Positions 1 through 12,474 of a DNA stretch of 58,023 nucleotides are shown here, one piece after another. How positions within the stretch are numbered: the stretch's first letter is position 1; each line of letters starts with the position of its first letter. The stretch spans positions 1-58,023 of the forward strand of contig UQVP01000004.1 in assembly GCA_900544605.1 (NCBI GenBank). The letters are read 5' to 3'. This DNA comes from an uncultured Mycoplasmatota bacterium (GTDB taxonomy: Bacteria > Bacillota_I > Bacilli_A > RF39 > UBA660). A program made the translations under genes and the position numbers. The notes under the pieces were generated by a model. That model was not told the DNA's origin and searched no databases. It saw only the letters and a program-made list of their open reading frames with translations.

Positions 1-20
1 TTTGAAGCTATGTTAACCAT
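1..20 (-). CDS. 5' end of an unidentified CDS running off the window (MVNIAS...)
   Basis: ATG at 20-18 follows a purine-rich AAAGGAAAG stretch and the promoter at 46-74. Only 6 codons are visible. Confidence 0.3.
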
Positions 21-45
21 ACTACCACTTTCCTTTACTATACTA

Positions 46-74
46 ATTATACATAATTATTTTTTATAAATCAA
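46..74 (-). promoter_or_regulatory. sigma-A-type promoter for the gene leaving the window
   Basis: Minus strand TTGATT (74-69), 17-nt spacer, TATAAT (51-46). Confidence 0.4.
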
Positions 75-116
75 TATTTTTGTAAAGAAAAAAGGCACCA
101 TTTACAGTGCATTTTC

Positions 117-1760
117 TTAATTATTTTTATTTAATTTACGAATTGACATTCCTATTGTTAATAAGCTTAATCCACCTAATATAATAATCATGCTTAAATT
201 ATCTCCTGTATTTGGATTAGTTACAGGTGTTGTTTGTACAGTAGCATTATTATATCCAATAATACCATAAACACTTAAATGTGTTGTTTCAAATACAATT
301 TTTCCATCAACTAATTTAGCATCTAATGTTTCGCTAATATTTCCTTGATTATCAATATATACAACTTTATAATTGTCATATTTTTTATCATTATCTTCTA
401 AAGCAATTGAAATAGTAAATTTACCATTTTCCATTGGATAAACTTGAATACCATCAGTTACATTAATATCATACAACTCTATTAATTTAACATCTTTTAC
501 TTCTTTATTTTCTTTATAAGCTTCATCTACTTTTTCAGTAACTTTCTTAACTTCTTCTTCGTTTTTAGCAATTACTTCTAATTTTAAATCATTGTCTAAT
601 GCTTTATCACTTTCAAACTTAACTTTTTTATCAGTAGATTCAATTGTTTTATTTTCTTCTACAACATATTGTCCATTTACTAATTTAGCTACATACTTGT
701 CAGCTACATATTTAGTAATATCAGTATTAAATGTTCCACCTTTTATAGATGTACCTACTTTACCAACGTATTCTTTATTACCAAATCCTCCAGTTGGAGT
801 ACTAACACCAATATCTGTTAAGCTTAATACATCATAAGCACCTCTATTTTTAGAAGTTGTTTTAAATGTTCCTCCAGTAATATTAACATTCATTTTTTGT
901 TCTAAATTTCCAAGGTCATAAACTGCAATAGCACTACCTTTTCCATTTTCTGAATTAAAAGTACCTGCAGTAACAGTTAATTTTAAATCATTATTTCCTT
1001 CGTTTGTTTTATAAGTACCACCTATAATACTTAAAGCATCTGGTAAACGAATTGGTCTTGTCTTAAAATAAACATCTTTAGGTTCTTCAATATTATCTTT
1101 TGGTGCATTGATAGTACCTCCAGTAATATCAACAATACCCATTCTTAATTGAACTCCACCATTTAATACGCCATCTTTAATTTTTAAACTTACAGGTCCT
1201 GCTTGATAAAGGGCAGGTCCTGTCTTTGAAGTTAAAACTCCACCATTAATTTCAAAATAAGTAACTCCCGTTGTATTGTTACCACTTACAGCTGCATCTC
1301 TTGATTCAACAGTACCACCATTTACGATAACAGTACCACCAAGAAGTGCATAAAAACCATATCCATTTTCATTTGTTATTGTACCACCGTTAAATATGAT
1401 TTTTGAAGCTTCTGCATATACAGATGATGCGGCAGTAGAGGTACGGGAATTTGCAATTAACTTTCCACCTGCTTTTGAACTGTCAATTGTAAAAGTAGCA
1501 CCTTTCTCTACACCAAAGATTGCTTTTAATGTCTTACCATTTAAGTCTAGTGTTGCATCTTTTATTAATACTACTCTTTCTGCATCAGTTGAATAATCAT
1601 CATCCATGATATCAATATTTTCTGTTAATACACATTTTTCTCCATTTGCAAGACAAGTTTTTAGCTCATTTCCATCTTTTACTTCTTGTGCATTAACTCC
1701 AACTGCAAATCCTAACATTGCAACTAAAGAAAATGCGAATAATTTAAGACTCTTTTTCAT
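117..1760 (-). CDS. cell-wall-anchored surface protein with beta-helix-like GGT repeats
   Basis: 547 aa. Signal peptide MKKSLKLFAFSLVAMLGFAVGVNA. About 9 degenerate xGGT(I/F/V)x repeats (NGGTITNENG, TGGTINAPKD, TGGTFKTTSK, KGGTFNTDIT). C-terminal NPNTG (DNA 204-218), then a hydrophobic helix and an RKLNKNN tail, which together make a sortase sorting signal. Confidence 0.8.
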   Translation of the reverse strand: MKKSLKLFAFSLVAMLGFAVGVNAQEVKDGNELKTCLANGEKCVLTENIDIMDDDYSTDAERVVLIKDATLDLNGKTLKAIFGVEKGATFTIDSSKAGGKLIANSRTSTAASSVYAEASKIIFNGGTITNENGYGFYALLGGTVIVNGGTVESRDAAVSGNNTTGVTYFEINGGVLTSKTGPALYQAGPVSLKIKDGVLNGGVQLRMGIVDITGGTINAPKDNIEEPKDVYFKTRPIRLPDALSIIGGTYKTNEGNNDLKLTVTAGTFNSENGKGSAIAVYDLGNLEQKMNVNITGGTFKTTSKNRGAYDVLSLTDIGVSTPTGGFGNKEYVGKVGTSIKGGTFNTDITKYVADKYVAKLVNGQYVVEENKTIESTDKKVKFESDKALDNDLKLEVIAKNEEEVKKVTEKVDEAYKENKEVKDVKLIELYDINVTDGIQVYPMENGKFTISIALEDNDKKYDNYKVVYIDNQGNISETLDAKLVDGKIVFETTHLSVYGIIGYNNATVQTTPVTNPNTGDNLSMIIILGGLSLLTIGMSIRKLNKNN

Positions 1761-2010
1761 TTTTTTCTCTCCTTTACACCTTCATAATAACATATTATTA
1801 TTTTACTCTCAATATAATTCTAATTTTTCGACAAAACTTTACGTCAAATTTAAAAATTTTTATAAAGTTTCATACTAACTTTTATTTTTCACTCCTCTCT
1901 TTTTATGTTCAAATAGATTATATCCCTCCCAAGTTGGTATTTTTGTTAGTAATAGTACATCTTTTTTTATATTTTTTTGCAAAAATTGTATTTGTTTACA
2001 TGTTTTAAAA

Positions 2011-2038
2011 TACAAAAAAGAAGCTAAAAATAGCTTCT
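2011..2038 (-). terminator. rho-independent terminator after rpoC
   Basis: Hairpin GAAGCTA-AAAA-TAGCTTC (2020-2037) followed on the minus strand by T6. It starts 3 nt after the rpoC stop. Confidence 0.7.
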
Positions 2039-2040
2039 AA

Positions 2041-5000
2041 TTAATCCATTAACTCTTGTTCTAAAGCTTCTAATGGTTCATCGTTTAATAAATCTAATTC
2101 TAAATCATAATCTACTTTACGATATTTTTTAGCACCTGTACCAGCTGGGATTAATTTACCAATGATTACATTTTCTTTTAATCCTTCTAGTTTATCAACT
2201 TTTCCATGTATAGCAGCATCAGTTAAGATTCTAGTAGTCTCTTGGAATGATGCGGCAGATAAGAATGAATCAGTTTCTAGAGATGCTTTTGTAATACCTA
2301 AAAGTACTGGCTTACCAGTTGAAGGACGTTTTCCTTCAATGATTAATGCTTTATTTACATCTGAGAAGTGGTTGATATTTACAAGTGTTCCAGGTAAGAA
2401 CATTGAATCACCACTATTTAAAATCTTAATCTTAGAAATCATACGTTTAGCAATAATTTCAACGTGTTTATCAGAAATATCAACACCTTGAGAACCATAT
2501 ACTTTTTGAATTTCAAGTAAGATATATTCTTGAACAGTAAGTGGATCTGTTACAACTAATAATTCTTTTGGACTGATAGCACCATGTGTTAATCTTTGTC
2601 CTGCAACAACTTCTTGATTTAATTCTACAGCAGCTTTAGCACCATAGTTAGAAGTATGTTTTTTAGTTTCAACATCATTTGTAACATTAATTATTAATTT
2701 ACCACCATCTTCTTCAATAGCAGTTACAACACCATTTATTTCAGAAATAGTAGCTTTTCCTTTTGGATTACGAGCTTCAAATAACTCTTGAACACGAGGT
2801 AAACCTTGAGTAATATCGTCTCCACCAGCAACACCACCGGTGTTGAAGTTTCTCATGGTTAACTGAGTACCTGGCTCACCGATTGATTGAGCAGCCATAA
2901 TACCTACAGCTTCACCAATTTCAACAATTGAACCTGTTGCTAAGTTACGTCCATAACATCTTTGACATACACCTTGCTCAGTCTTACATGTTAATACTGT
3001 TCTAATTGGTACTTTTGTAATACCAGCAGCAATAATCTTATCAGCAATTTGTTCAGTAATATATGTATTTCTATCATACATAACTTCTTTAGTTTCTGGA
3101 TTAATAATCTTCTTATTAGTATAACGACCAACAATACGATTATAAAGTGGCTCAATTACAGTACCATCTTTATCATTAATAAAGTCTTCAACTACAACAC
3201 CTTGTTCAGTACCACAGTCTTCTTCTTTAACAATGATATCTTGCGCTACATCAACTAAACGACGAGTTAAGTAACCTGCATCAGCAGTTTTTAACGCTGT
3301 ATCAACGGCACCTTTACGAGCACCATGGGTAGATAAGAAGAATTCACTAATTGTAACACCTTCAGAGAATGAAGATTTAACTGGGATCTCTACTTGACCA
3401 CCACTTGGTTTAGCAAATAATCCACGCATACCAACTAACTGAGTATAAGAGTTGATATCACCACGAGCTTTTGATTGCATCATGATACAAATTGGATTTT
3501 CTTTATCTTCTCTAACCATTTCTTCAAGTTCTTTTTGAACTTGTTTTTTAGCACTATTCCAAATTTCAATTACTTTGTTATATCTTTCTTCTTCAGTTAT
3601 TAAACCACGTTTAAATTGTTTATTAACAGTATCAACCATTGCTTGGCTTTCTTTTAATATTTCAGGCTTTTTAACTGATTCTCTAATATCAGATATTGCA
3701 ATTGAAATACCGGATAATGTCGAATATTTAAATCCTAAATCCTTTAATTTATCAAGCATAACTGAAGTTTCAGTTGTTTGATAACGTTTATAAATTTGAG
3801 CAATTATTTTTCCTAAAGCTCCCTTATTTAAGGCATCAACTAAAGGCATTTCTTTAATCTTTTCAGGAATATTTTCTCCTCTATTTATAAAGTATTTTTT
3901 AGGAGTTGTTTTTTCAATATTTTCTGCACTTCCATCATTAATATATTGGAATGTATCAGGGAATATTTCATTGAATAAAATTTTACCTGGAGTAGTTACT
4001 AAATATTTATCTAAGTAAGAATCTGGGAAAATTTTATGTCTAAATGAACTAACTGGTAAAGCAATACGAGTATGAAGTGTTATTTCACGTCTTTCATAAG
4101 CCATTAATACTTCATTAGCATTTTTAAATACTCTACCTTCTCCTGGAAGTCCAGCTTTTTCTATAGTTATATAGTAGTTTCCTAATACCATATCTTGTCC
4201 TGGTGTAACAATTGGTTTTCCATCTTTTGGAGATAGAATGTTATTAGCACCTAACATAAGAATTCTAGCTTCTGCTTGAGCTTCTTCAGTAATAGGAACA
4301 TGAACAGCCATTTGGTCTCCATCAAAGTCAGCGTTGAACGCTGTACAAACTAGAGGATGTAATCTAATAGCACGTCCTTCAATTAATTTTGGTTCGAATG
4401 CTTGAATACCAAGTCTATGTAATGTTGGTGCACGGTTTAATAATACTGGATGTTCTTTAATTTTTTCTTCAACAATATCCCAAACACGTGGATCTTGATT
4501 TTCAATCATTTTTTTAGCAGCTTTAATATTACTTGCTATTTCTTTAGTAACCAAACCATTTATAACATGTGGTTTAAATAACTCTAAAGCCATTTCTTTT
4601 GGAATACCACATTCATACATTTTTAAGCTTGGTCCTACAACGATAACAGAACGGCCTGAATAATCAACACGTTTACCTAATAAGTTTTGACGGAAACGTC
4701 CTTGTTTACCTTTTAGCATACTAGATAATGATTTTAATGGTCTATTTCCAGCACCTGTAATATTACGTCCACGACGTCCATTATCAAATAAAGCATCTAC
4801 AGCTTCTTGTAACATACGTTTTTCATTTTGAATAATGATACTAGGAGCACCTAATTCCATTAATTTCTTTAAACGATTATTACGGTTAATTACACGACGA
4901 TATAAATCATTTAAATCTGAAGTTGCAAATCTACCACCATCTAATTGAATCATTGGACGAAGTTCTGGAGGTATTACTGGAAGAGCATCTAAAATCATCC

Positions 5001-5679
5001 ATTCAGGACGATTTCCTGATTCTAGAAAAGCATCTAATACATCTAAACGTTTCATTAAACGAACACGTTTTTGACTTGTTGTATCTTTAATAGCTTCAAT
5101 TTCTTCCTTAATATTTTTAACTTCTTCTTCAAGATTAACTTGACATAACAATTCTTTAATAGCTTCTGCTCCCATACCTACTCTGAAACTATTACCATAT
5201 TTTTCATAGTAAGCACGGTATTCTTTATCACTAATTGTTTGTTTCTTTTCTAAAGGTGCAGCTCCAGGATCTAGAACAACATATGAAACGAAGTATAATA
5301 CTTCTTCCAAATCTCTTGGACTCATATCTAGGACTAATCCCATACGAGATGGTACACCTTTAAAGAACCAAATGTGGCTACAAGGAGTAGCAAGCTCAAT
5401 ATGTCCCATTCTTTCACGACGAACTTTTGATCTTGTAACTTCTACTCCACAGCGATCACAAATAATATTTTTATATCTTAAACGTTTATATTTACCACAA
5501 GAACATTCGAAATCCTTAGTTGGCCCAAATATCTTCTCGCAAAATAAACCTTCACGTTCTGGTTTTAAAGTACGATAGTTGATTGTTTCAGCTTTCTTTA
5601 CTTCACCATAAGACCATGAACGAATTTTTTCAGGTGAGGCGATTCCTATACGTAATCCTTCAAATTGATTTACTTCCAT
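2041..5679 (-). CDS. rpoC: DNA-directed RNA polymerase subunit beta'
   Basis: 1212 aa. N-terminus [22 protein letters not shown], Zn finger [23 protein letters not shown], catalytic NADFDGD. Confidence 0.98.
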   Translation of the reverse strand: MEVNQFEGLRIGIASPEKIRSWSYGEVKKAETINYRTLKPEREGLFCEKIFGPTKDFECSCGKYKRLRYKNIICDRCGVEVTRSKVRRERMGHIELATPCSHIWFFKGVPSRMGLVLDMSPRDLEEVLYFVSYVVLDPGAAPLEKKQTISDKEYRAYYEKYGNSFRVGMGAEAIKELLCQVNLEEEVKNIKEEIEAIKDTTSQKRVRLMKRLDVLDAFLESGNRPEWMILDALPVIPPELRPMIQLDGGRFATSDLNDLYRRVINRNNRLKKLMELGAPSIIIQNEKRMLQEAVDALFDNGRRGRNITGAGNRPLKSLSSMLKGKQGRFRQNLLGKRVDYSGRSVIVVGPSLKMYECGIPKEMALELFKPHVINGLVTKEIASNIKAAKKMIENQDPRVWDIVEEKIKEHPVLLNRAPTLHRLGIQAFEPKLIEGRAIRLHPLVCTAFNADFDGDQMAVHVPITEEAQAEARILMLGANNILSPKDGKPIVTPGQDMVLGNYYITIEKAGLPGEGRVFKNANEVLMAYERREITLHTRIALPVSSFRHKIFPDSYLDKYLVTTPGKILFNEIFPDTFQYINDGSAENIEKTTPKKYFINRGENIPEKIKEMPLVDALNKGALGKIIAQIYKRYQTTETSVMLDKLKDLGFKYSTLSGISIAISDIRESVKKPEILKESQAMVDTVNKQFKRGLITEEERYNKVIEIWNSAKKQVQKELEEMVREDKENPICIMMQSKARGDINSYTQLVGMRGLFAKPSGGQVEIPVKSSFSEGVTISEFFLSTHGARKGAVDTALKTADAGYLTRRLVDVAQDIIVKEEDCGTEQGVVVEDFINDKDGTVIEPLYNRIVGRYTNKKIINPETKEVMYDRNTYITEQIADKIIAAGITKVPIRTVLTCKTEQGVCQRCYGRNLATGSIVEIGEAVGIMAAQSIGEPGTQLTMRNFNTGGVAGGDDITQGLPRVQELFEARNPKGKATISEINGVVTAIEEDGGKLIINVTNDVETKKHTSNYGAKAAVELNQEVVAGQRLTHGAISPKELLVVTDPLTVQEYILLEIQKVYGSQGVDISDKHVEIIAKRMISKIKILNSGDSMFLPGTLVNINHFSDVNKALIIEGKRPSTGKPVLLGITKASLETDSFLSAASFQETTRILTDAAIHGKVDKLEGLKENVIIGKLIPAGTGAKKYRKVDYDLELDLLNDEPLEALEQELMD

Positions 5680-8600
5680 TATTCCTCATCCCCTTCCATA
5701 TCTTCTTCAAAATTATCTTCCATCTCTTCCTCTAAATCATCAAATTCATCTTCATATAAATCATCATCTAATTCTTCATCAGGAAGTTTTGGTTCTTCTT
5801 CTGAATTATTACTTATTTCAAAATCTTCATTAGCAAGATAAGTATCTTTCTCATCTTCTTCTAAATCTTTTAACTCGTTATAATTTCCATTTTCATCTAA
5901 AACAGTAATATCAAGTCCTAAAGCTTGGAACTCTTTAATTAATACTCTAAATGATTCTGGAATACCACTCTTTGGAATTGGTGTTCCTTTAACAAGTGAT
6001 TCATAAACTTTAACACGTCCAACAACATCATCTGATTTAATAGTCATCATTTCTTGTAATACGTTAGCAGCACCATAAGCATATAATGCCCAAACTTCCA
6101 TTTCTCCAAATCTTTGACCACCAAATTGAGCTTTACCTCCTAAAGGTTGTTGTGTTACTAAACTGTAAGGTCCAGTTGAACGAGCATGTAATTTATCATC
6201 AACCATGTGGTTAAGTTTAATCATGTACATAACACCAACACTGATACGATTATCAAATGGTTCACCAGTACGTCCATCATAAAGTACTGCTTTTCCATCT
6301 TCATCAAGTCCAGCTTCTTTTAATGCATCAATAATTTCTTCACGGTTAGCACCATCAAATACTGGAGTTGCTACATAAATACCTAAATTCTTAGCAGCAA
6401 TACCTAAATGCATCTCTAAAATCTGTCCGATGTTCATACGAGATGGAACTCCAAGTGGGTTAAGTAAGATATCAACAGGACGTCCATCGCTTAAGTATGG
6501 CATATCCTCTTCAGGTAAGATAAGTGAAATAACACCTTTATTACCATGACGACCAGCCATCTTATCTCCAACGCTTATCTTACGTTTTTGAACAATGTAT
6601 ACACGAACCATCATTGATACACCAGCTGGAAGTTCATCACAGTTATCTTTAGTAAAGATTTTAACATCATGAACAATACCTTCTCCACCATGTGGAACAC
6701 GTAAAGATGTATCTCTTACTTCACGAGTCTTTTCTCCAAAGATTGCATGTAATAATTTTTCTTCAGAAGTAAGTTCAGCCATTCCTTTAGGAGTAACTTT
6801 ACCAACTAAGATATCATCATCTTTTACTTCTGTACCAATACGAATAATACCATTTTCATCTAAGTTTTTACGTGCATCTTCACCGATATTTGGAATATCA
6901 CGAGTAAACTCTTCAGGTCCTAATTTTGTATCACGACATTCAATTTGGTAATCTTCAATATGAATTGATGTATAAACATCATCTTTAACTAATCTTTCAT
7001 TTAAGATTACAGCATCCTCATAGTTATAACCATTATAGTTCATAAACGCTACTGTTACGTTTTTACCTAAAGCCATTTCACCTTTTTCAGTACTTGGCCC
7101 ATCAGCAATAACTTCACCTGCATGAACAGTATCACCAGTTCTTACAATTGGAACTTGATGATAACAAGTACCTGCATTACTACGTTCAAAACCATTTAAG
7201 TAGTATGTATCTTTACCACCTTTAGTTTTAACTATAATTTTCTTACCATCAGCATAATCAACAATACCATCAGCTTTTGCCATAATAACGGCACCACTAT
7301 CACGGGCAGCTATAGCTTCAATACCAGTCCCAACAAGTGGTGCTTCAGCTTTTAATAGCGGAATAGCTTGACGTTGCATGTTAGCACCCATAAGTGCACG
7401 TTTACCATCATCATGTTCAAGGAATGGAATACCTTGTGTTGTAATAGATACAACTTGTTGTGGTGAAACGTCTATATAATCAATTTTTTCTTTCTCAATC
7501 ATAATATTTTCAGTACGATAACGAACTGGAACACGATCCGGAACAATAACACCATTTTCATCTGTTTCAATTGTTGCTTGAGAAATATAATGATCTAACT
7601 CTTCATCAGCAGTCATATAAACAATTTCATCTGTTAATTTACAATTTTCTATTTTACGATAAGGAGTCATAATAAATCCATAATCATTAACACGTGCATA
7701 ACTTGCAAGTGATGTAATAAGTCCGATGTTTGGTCCTTCTGGAGATTCGATTGGACAGATTCTTCCATAGTGTGAAGGGTTAACATCACGAACTTCCATA
7801 CCAGCTCTATCACGTGATAAACCACCAGGTCCTAAACTAGATAAACGACGTTTATTAGTAAGTTCGGCTACTGGATTTGTTTGATCCATGAATTGTGATA
7901 ACTGACTACTACCAAAGAATTCTTTAATAGCAGCAGTTAAAGGTCTAATATTAATTAATGTTTTTGGAGTAACTTCACTAATTTCTTGTGTACTCATACG
8001 ATCTCTTATTACTCTTTCAATTCTACTAATACCAATACGGAATTGATTTTGTAAAAGTTCTCCTACTTGACGAACACGACGATTAGATAAATTATCTATT
8101 TCATCATAATTACCAATACCTTCAAGTAAATTTAAGTAATAAGAAACTGAAGCATATACATCAGAAATAGTTAAACGTTTTTCTTCAATTTCTTGATCAT
8201 TTCCTATTATACTAACAACTTTTTCTGGATTTAATTTAGAAAAGACTTTAACTTCTTGAACACGGTTATAACTATCTAGTTCTTCATTAATTAAAACTTC
8301 TTTAACACCATATCCATTTTTCATTACTGGAATTAATTTTTCTAATTCTTCTTTTCCAATAACAGTACCTTTTTCTAGGATAACCTCGTTATCAACTTTA
8401 ATTGTTTCTGCTAAAGTACATCCAAGTAATCTTTCACAAACGTTTAATTTACGATTAAATTTATAACGTCCTACTTTTGCTAAATCGTAACGGAAAGCAT
8501 CAAAGAATCTACTGATTAATTGATTCTTAGCACTATCTAAAGTAGATGGTTCTCCAGGTCTTAATTTAGAATGAATATCGATTAATGATTCATCAGTATT

Positions 8601-9284
8601 TTTATTTGTATCTTTTTCAATAGTACGTTTTAAATACTCATCATCACCATATAAATCTAAAATATCTTCATCACTAGATAAACCTAAAGCACGTAAAAGT
8701 GTTGTGATAGGAACTTTTCTTGTACGGTCAATACGAACATAGATAACATCTCTAGCATCTGTTTCATATTCTAGCCAAGTACCTCTAGTCGGAATAATTT
8801 GAGAAGTAACAACTACTTTACCATTTTTCTTGTCAATTTCTCTACCATAATAACAAGATGGAGAACGAACTAATTGCGAAACAATTACACGTTCAGCTCC
8901 ATTTATAATGAATGTCCCACTATCAGTCATGATAGGCATATCCCCTAAGAAAATATCTTGTTCTTTTACTTCCCCTGTTTCTTGATTAAAAAGTCTTGCT
9001 TGAACTTTTAACGGAGCAGCATAAGTCGCATATCTTTCTTTACATTCTTTTATGTTATATCTTGGTTCATCAAAAGAATACTCTCCAAATTCTAACGACA
9101 AATTTCCTGTAAAACTTTCTACAGGAAAAATATCATCAAATACCTCTTGAATACCCTCAGTCATAAACCAATCATATGATTTTTTTTGAATTTCTAACAA
9201 ATTCCCTAATTCAATTGCATTTTTTGTTTTTGCATAGCTACGTCTTTCTCGGTGATCACCAAATTTTTTAACTGTATAAGCCAC
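5679..9284 (-). CDS. rpoB: DNA-directed RNA polymerase subunit beta
   Basis: Full-length RpoB ([12 protein letters not shown]..., [17 protein letters not shown]). Start moved to the GTG at 9284: GGGGTGA sits just upstream, and the ORF-track start 9293 lies inside that RBS. TAATG stop/start overlap with rpoC. Confidence 0.96.
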   Translation of the reverse strand: MAYTVKKFGDHRERRSYAKTKNAIELGNLLEIQKKSYDWFMTEGIQEVFDDIFPVESFTGNLSLEFGEYSFDEPRYNIKECKERYATYAAPLKVQARLFNQETGEVKEQDIFLGDMPIMTDSGTFIINGAERVIVSQLVRSPSCYYGREIDKKNGKVVVTSQIIPTRGTWLEYETDARDVIYVRIDRTRKVPITTLLRALGLSSDEDILDLYGDDEYLKRTIEKDTNKNTDESLIDIHSKLRPGEPSTLDSAKNQLISRFFDAFRYDLAKVGRYKFNRKLNVCERLLGCTLAETIKVDNEVILEKGTVIGKEELEKLIPVMKNGYGVKEVLINEELDSYNRVQEVKVFSKLNPEKVVSIIGNDQEIEEKRLTISDVYASVSYYLNLLEGIGNYDEIDNLSNRRVRQVGELLQNQFRIGISRIERVIRDRMSTQEISEVTPKTLINIRPLTAAIKEFFGSSQLSQFMDQTNPVAELTNKRRLSSLGPGGLSRDRAGMEVRDVNPSHYGRICPIESPEGPNIGLITSLASYARVNDYGFIMTPYRKIENCKLTDEIVYMTADEELDHYISQATIETDENGVIVPDRVPVRYRTENIMIEKEKIDYIDVSPQQVVSITTQGIPFLEHDDGKRALMGANMQRQAIPLLKAEAPLVGTGIEAIAARDSGAVIMAKADGIVDYADGKKIIVKTKGGKDTYYLNGFERSNAGTCYHQVPIVRTGDTVHAGEVIADGPSTEKGEMALGKNVTVAFMNYNGYNYEDAVILNERLVKDDVYTSIHIEDYQIECRDTKLGPEEFTRDIPNIGEDARKNLDENGIIRIGTEVKDDDILVGKVTPKGMAELTSEEKLLHAIFGEKTREVRDTSLRVPHGGEGIVHDVKIFTKDNCDELPAGVSMMVRVYIVQKRKISVGDKMAGRHGNKGVISLILPEEDMPYLSDGRPVDILLNPLGVPSRMNIGQILEMHLGIAAKNLGIYVATPVFDGANREEIIDALKEAGLDEDGKAVLYDGRTGEPFDNRISVGVMYMIKLNHMVDDKLHARSTGPYSLVTQQPLGGKAQFGGQRFGEMEVWALYAYGAANVLQEMMTIKSDDVVGRVKVYESLVKGTPIPKSGIPESFRVLIKEFQALGLDITVLDENGNYNELKDLEEDEKDTYLANEDFEISNNSEEEPKLPDEELDDDLYEDEFDDLEEEMEDNFEEDMEGDEE

Positions 9285-9356
9285 TATTTTCACCCCTATA
9301 AACTATATTTTTTAGTCTTCCATGCACCAATGCCAAGTACATGTCGCCAATTTATA

Positions 9357-9385
9357 ATTTTACACCAACCATTACAAATTGTCAA
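9357..9385 (-). promoter_or_regulatory. candidate promoter upstream of rpoB
   Basis: Minus strand TTGACA (9385-9380), 17 nt, TAAAAT (9362-9357). The -35 overlaps the stop of the methyltransferase gene. Confidence 0.4.
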
Positions 9386-9969
9386 TTACTTCGAGCACAA
9401 ATTATATAAAAACCTTTGTTTTTATTTACAACTTTTACATCATACTCTTTTTCTAAATCACGAACTACACTTTTAGCCCCTTGATCTTTATTTATTACTA
9501 TCCAAAGTTCACCATTAATCTCTAAATGTTTTTTTGCTCCAAATAATATTTCATACAATATTTTTTTGCCAACTCTAATAGGTGGATTACTAATTATATA
9601 ATTATACTTTTTAGTTATATTTTTATATATATCACTTTCAAAAATATTAACATTCACATTATTTAATAATGCATTTTTCTTAGCTAGATTTAAACTTCGC
9701 AAGTTAACATCTATCATATCTACTTTTGATTTAGTTTTAAGTGCAACATATATACCAATAGGTCCATAACCACATCCAAAGTCTAAAACATCGCCATCTA
9801 TTTTACCTATTGGAATAGTTTCTAGTAATGTTCTTGTTCCAAAATCTAAACCTCTCTTAGAAAAAACACCATTATCACTTATAAATCTTAATTTTGTTTC
9901 ATTTATTATTACATCATGTAGTTTTTCATTTGTCTTTATATTTGTATTATTAGTAAAATAATGTTCCAT
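9382..9969 (-). CDS. class I SAM-dependent rRNA methyltransferase (RsmC/YbxB-like)
   Basis: SAM motif DFGCGYGPIG and NPPIR motif IV. Its position between rplL and rpoB matches B. subtilis ybxB. Start set at ATG 9969 (RBS AAGGGAG); the longer track ORF runs into the rplL terminator. Confidence 0.85.
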   Translation of the reverse strand: MEHYFTNNTNIKTNEKLHDVIINETKLRFISDNGVFSKRGLDFGTRTLLETIPIGKIDGDVLDFGCGYGPIGIYVALKTKSKVDMIDVNLRSLNLAKKNALLNNVNVNIFESDIYKNITKKYNYIISNPPIRVGKKILYEILFGAKKHLEINGELWIVINKDQGAKSVVRDLEKEYDVKVVNKNKGFYIICARSN

Positions 9970-9994
9970 AAATTCTCCCTTTCGTGTCTCTTTT

Positions 9995-10029
9995 AGAAAC
10001 AACGAAAGCCCGTGCTCATCGCACAGGCT
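9995..10029 (-). terminator. terminator after rplL
   Basis: Minus-strand hairpin AGCCUGUGC-GAUGA-GCACGGGCU (10007-10029) followed by a T-rich tract TTCGTTGTTTCT. Confidence 0.6.
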
Positions 10030-10039
10030 ATAAAACGCA

Positions 10040-10408
10040 TTATTTTAATTCAATAGTAGCGCCAGCTTCTTCAAATTTAGCTTTCATTTCGTTAGCTTCG
10101 TCAGTAGATACTTTTTCTTTAACAACTCCACCGTTATCAGCGATATCTTTAGCTTCTTTTAATCCTAAACCAGTAATATCACGAACTAATTTGATAACAG
10201 CAATTTTGTTAGCACCAGCACTTGCTAATACTACATCAACAGCACTTGGCCCTTCATTTGCTTCAGCAGCAACTGGAGCAGCAGCTACAGCTACAGCACT
10301 TGGATCAACACCAAATTCTTCTTTCATTGCATCTACTAAATCTTTAACTTCTAAAATTGTCATTTCTTTTATTGAATCAATAATTTCTTTTGTACTTAAT
10401 TTTGCCAT
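10040..10408 (-). CDS. rplL: 50S ribosomal protein L7/L12
   Basis: 122 aa. Ala-rich hinge [13 protein letters not shown] and C-terminal domain [12 protein letters not shown]...[14 protein letters not shown]. Confidence 0.98.
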   Translation of the reverse strand: MAKLSTKEIIDSIKEMTILEVKDLVDAMKEEFGVDPSAVAVAAAPVAAEANEGPSAVDVVLASAGANKIAVIKLVRDITGLGLKEAKDIADNGGVVKEKVSTDEANEMKAKFEEAGATIELK

Positions 10409-10439
10409 TCTATTTTCCTCCTCTTTTTTATTTAAATTA

Positions 10440-10928
10440 TTATTTTTCTAAATTTTGGCTATGTAAATCAAGAGCGATTGCAAAGTTCTTAACATGTTCC
10501 ATAAGACCACCTGCAAGCATAGTAAGTAATCCTTCTCTTGATGGAATTGCTGCTAGTGACTTTAACATTTCTTCGTCTGCTTTTTCACCATCAACATATC
10601 CTACTTTTAATTCTAGTGCTGGGTGTTTTTTTGCATAATCACTTAGCACTTTGATTGGAGCAACTGCATCTGTTCCAAAAGCCATAGCTTTAGGTCCATC
10701 TAATTCTCCTAAATCAATTTTTAAATCATTTAATGCTCTCATTGCTAAAGTATTCTTGTATACTTTAAAATCAGAACCAGTTTCTCTTAATTTTCTTCTT
10801 AATTCATTTGTTTCAGCAACAGTTAAACCATGGTATTCAAATAATACTACTGAAGCAGATGATTTTACTTTATCACTAATTTCATCAATGATTGCTTGTT
10901 TCTTCTCTAAAATCTTAGTATTTGCCAT
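10440..10928 (-). CDS. rplJ: 50S ribosomal protein L10
   Basis: 162 aa, typical L10 N-terminus, located directly upstream of rplL. Confidence 0.97.
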   Translation of the reverse strand: MANTKILEKKQAIIDEISDKVKSSASVVLFEYHGLTVAETNELRRKLRETGSDFKVYKNTLAMRALNDLKIDLGELDGPKAMAFGTDAVAPIKVLSDYAKKHPALELKVGYVDGEKADEEMLKSLAAIPSREGLLTMLAGGLMEHVKNFAIALDLHSQNLEK

Positions 10929-10939
10929 ATGACACCTCC

Positions 10940-11075
10940 TCCTTTGCTTAACCGTATATAAAAGCCTTACTATTTACACAGTAAGGCCGAAAGACTTAAA
11001 AATTTAAGTTCCTCGGTAGGAAATATTAAGCTTTCCGCTCCTACTGTCTACGGTACTATATATAATTTTTGGAAA
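10940..11075 (-). promoter_or_regulatory. L10 (rplJL) leader with intrinsic attenuator hairpin
   Basis: A 172-nt untranslated gap lies between rplA and rplJ. It holds a structured segment (CCGTAGACAGTAGGAGCGGAAAGC...CCTACCGAGG) and then a terminator hairpin GCCTTACT-N8-AGTAAGGC (10964-10987) plus TTTTAT just before the rplJ RBS. Firmicute L10 leaders act by attenuation. Confidence 0.55.
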
Positions 11076-11100
11076 CATCCAAATTATATCATATTATATT

Positions 11101-11796
11101 TTATTTGTCAAAGCTATTTGCATCAATTTTAATTCCAGGACCCATTGTTGAAGAAACAGCAATATTTTTAACATAAGTTCCTTTTACAACAGCTGGTTTA
11201 GTTTTTAAAATTAATGATACAAAGGCATTCATATTTTCAAGTAATTGTTCTTCAGTAAAGCTTACTTTACCAATAATAACTTGAACATTACCATAAGAAT
11301 CTGTTCTATATTCAACACGACCCTTTTTGATATCTTCAACAGCTTTTTTAGTATCCATTGTAACTGTTCCAGTTTTAGGATTTGGCATTAAACCTTTAGG
11401 TCCTAAAACTTTACCAATTTTACCTAAAGCAGGCATCATATCTGGAGTAGCTACTATAACATCAAAATCGAACCAATTTTCTTTTTCAATTTTTTCAATC
11501 ATGTCAGCATCACCAACATAATCAGCACCAGCTTCTTTAGCAGCAGTAGCCATAGGTCCTTTAGCTAAAACTAATACTTTTTTAGTTTTACCAGTACCAT
11601 TTGGTAATACTATAGCTCCTCTTAATTGTTGATCAGCTTTTTTAGTGTCTAAGTTTAAACGCATAGCTAATTCAACAGAAGCATCAAATTTTGTTGTTGA
11701 AGTTTCTTTTACTAATTTAATAGCTTCTTCTTTTGTATAAGCACGACCTCTTTCAACTTTAGAAGCAGCTTCTACATACTTTTTACCTTTTTTCAT
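11101..11796 (-). CDS. rplA: 50S ribosomal protein L1
   Basis: 231 aa. KKGKKY...[15 protein letters not shown], typical L1. Confidence 0.97.
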   Translation of the reverse strand: MKKGKKYVEAASKVERGRAYTKEEAIKLVKETSTTKFDASVELAMRLNLDTKKADQQLRGAIVLPNGTGKTKKVLVLAKGPMATAAKEAGADYVGDADMIEKIEKENWFDFDVIVATPDMMPALGKIGKVLGPKGLMPNPKTGTVTMDTKKAVEDIKKGRVEYRTDSYGNVQVIIGKVSFTEEQLLENMNAFVSLILKTKPAVVKGTYVKNIAVSSTMGPGIKIDANSFDK

Positions 11797-11880
11797 TTTC
11801 TTACCTCCTTGTGGTTTTTGTTTATAAATAATTTATAAAGCGGATAACGGGTTCCCCCTCCCACATAGTAGTCCTATGTA

Positions 11881-12306
11881 TTAATCAGAAATTTTAACAC
11901 CCATATTTAAAGCAGTACCTTCAACTATTTTCATAGCTTCTTCTACAGTATATGCATTTAAATCTGGAAGTTTGATTTCAGCAATTTCTTTTAGTTGCTC
12001 ACGAGTTATAGTTGCAACTGTTTCTTTTGAACCTTTTGTAGATCCTTTTTTAATTTTAGCAACTTTCTTAATTAAGAATGCAGCTGGTGGAGTTTTAATT
12101 ACAAAGTCAAAAGTTCTATCTTCATAAATAGTAATTTCAACTGGTAAAATATCTCCCATTTTATCTTTAGTTGCATCATTATATTTTGTACAAAATTCTT
12201 GTAAGTTAATTCCTGCTGGTCCTAAAACTGTTCCAACTGGTGGAGCTGGTGTAGCTTTACCTGCAGGTATTTGTAATTTAATCATTTTTGTTACTTGTTT
12301 TGCCAC
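11881..12306 (-). CDS. rplK: 50S ribosomal protein L11
   Basis: [28 protein letters not shown] is the canonical L11 N-terminus. Start set at GTG 12306, 8 nt after AGGAGG (12320-12315); the track start 12315 overlaps the RBS. Confidence 0.95.
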   Translation of the reverse strand: MAKQVTKMIKLQIPAGKATPAPPVGTVLGPAGINLQEFCTKYNDATKDKMGDILPVEITIYEDRTFDFVIKTPPAAFLIKKVAKIKKGSTKGSKETVATITREQLKEIAEIKLPDLNAYTVEEAMKIVEGTALNMGVKISD

Positions 12307-12474
12307 GAAAAACACCTCCTATAAAATTTCGCTTTCCATGAGTGGTTCTAATGATTTTTAACAAAACTCCGCTTAACAATTTAAGTTAAAGAATCTAAAG
12401 AAATCTCCCACTAAATCTATATTAAAAATTAAATATAGCTTAATAATAATAACACAAATTTGTAAGTTTGTAAA

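Noticed and set aside
1827-1833. Perfect Spo0A box (TTCGACA on the plus strand, TGTCGAA on the minus strand) upstream of the surface-protein gene.
   Set aside because: By rough base-composition arithmetic, a 7-mer of this composition is expected about 5 times by chance in 58 kb on two strands. One isolated hit is not evidence of regulation.
5679-5880. Highly acidic ~60-aa C-terminal tail of RpoB ([39 protein letters not shown]).
   Set aside because: Acidic C-terminal extensions of beta subunits occur in other Firmicutes. It is probably lineage noise rather than a new domain.
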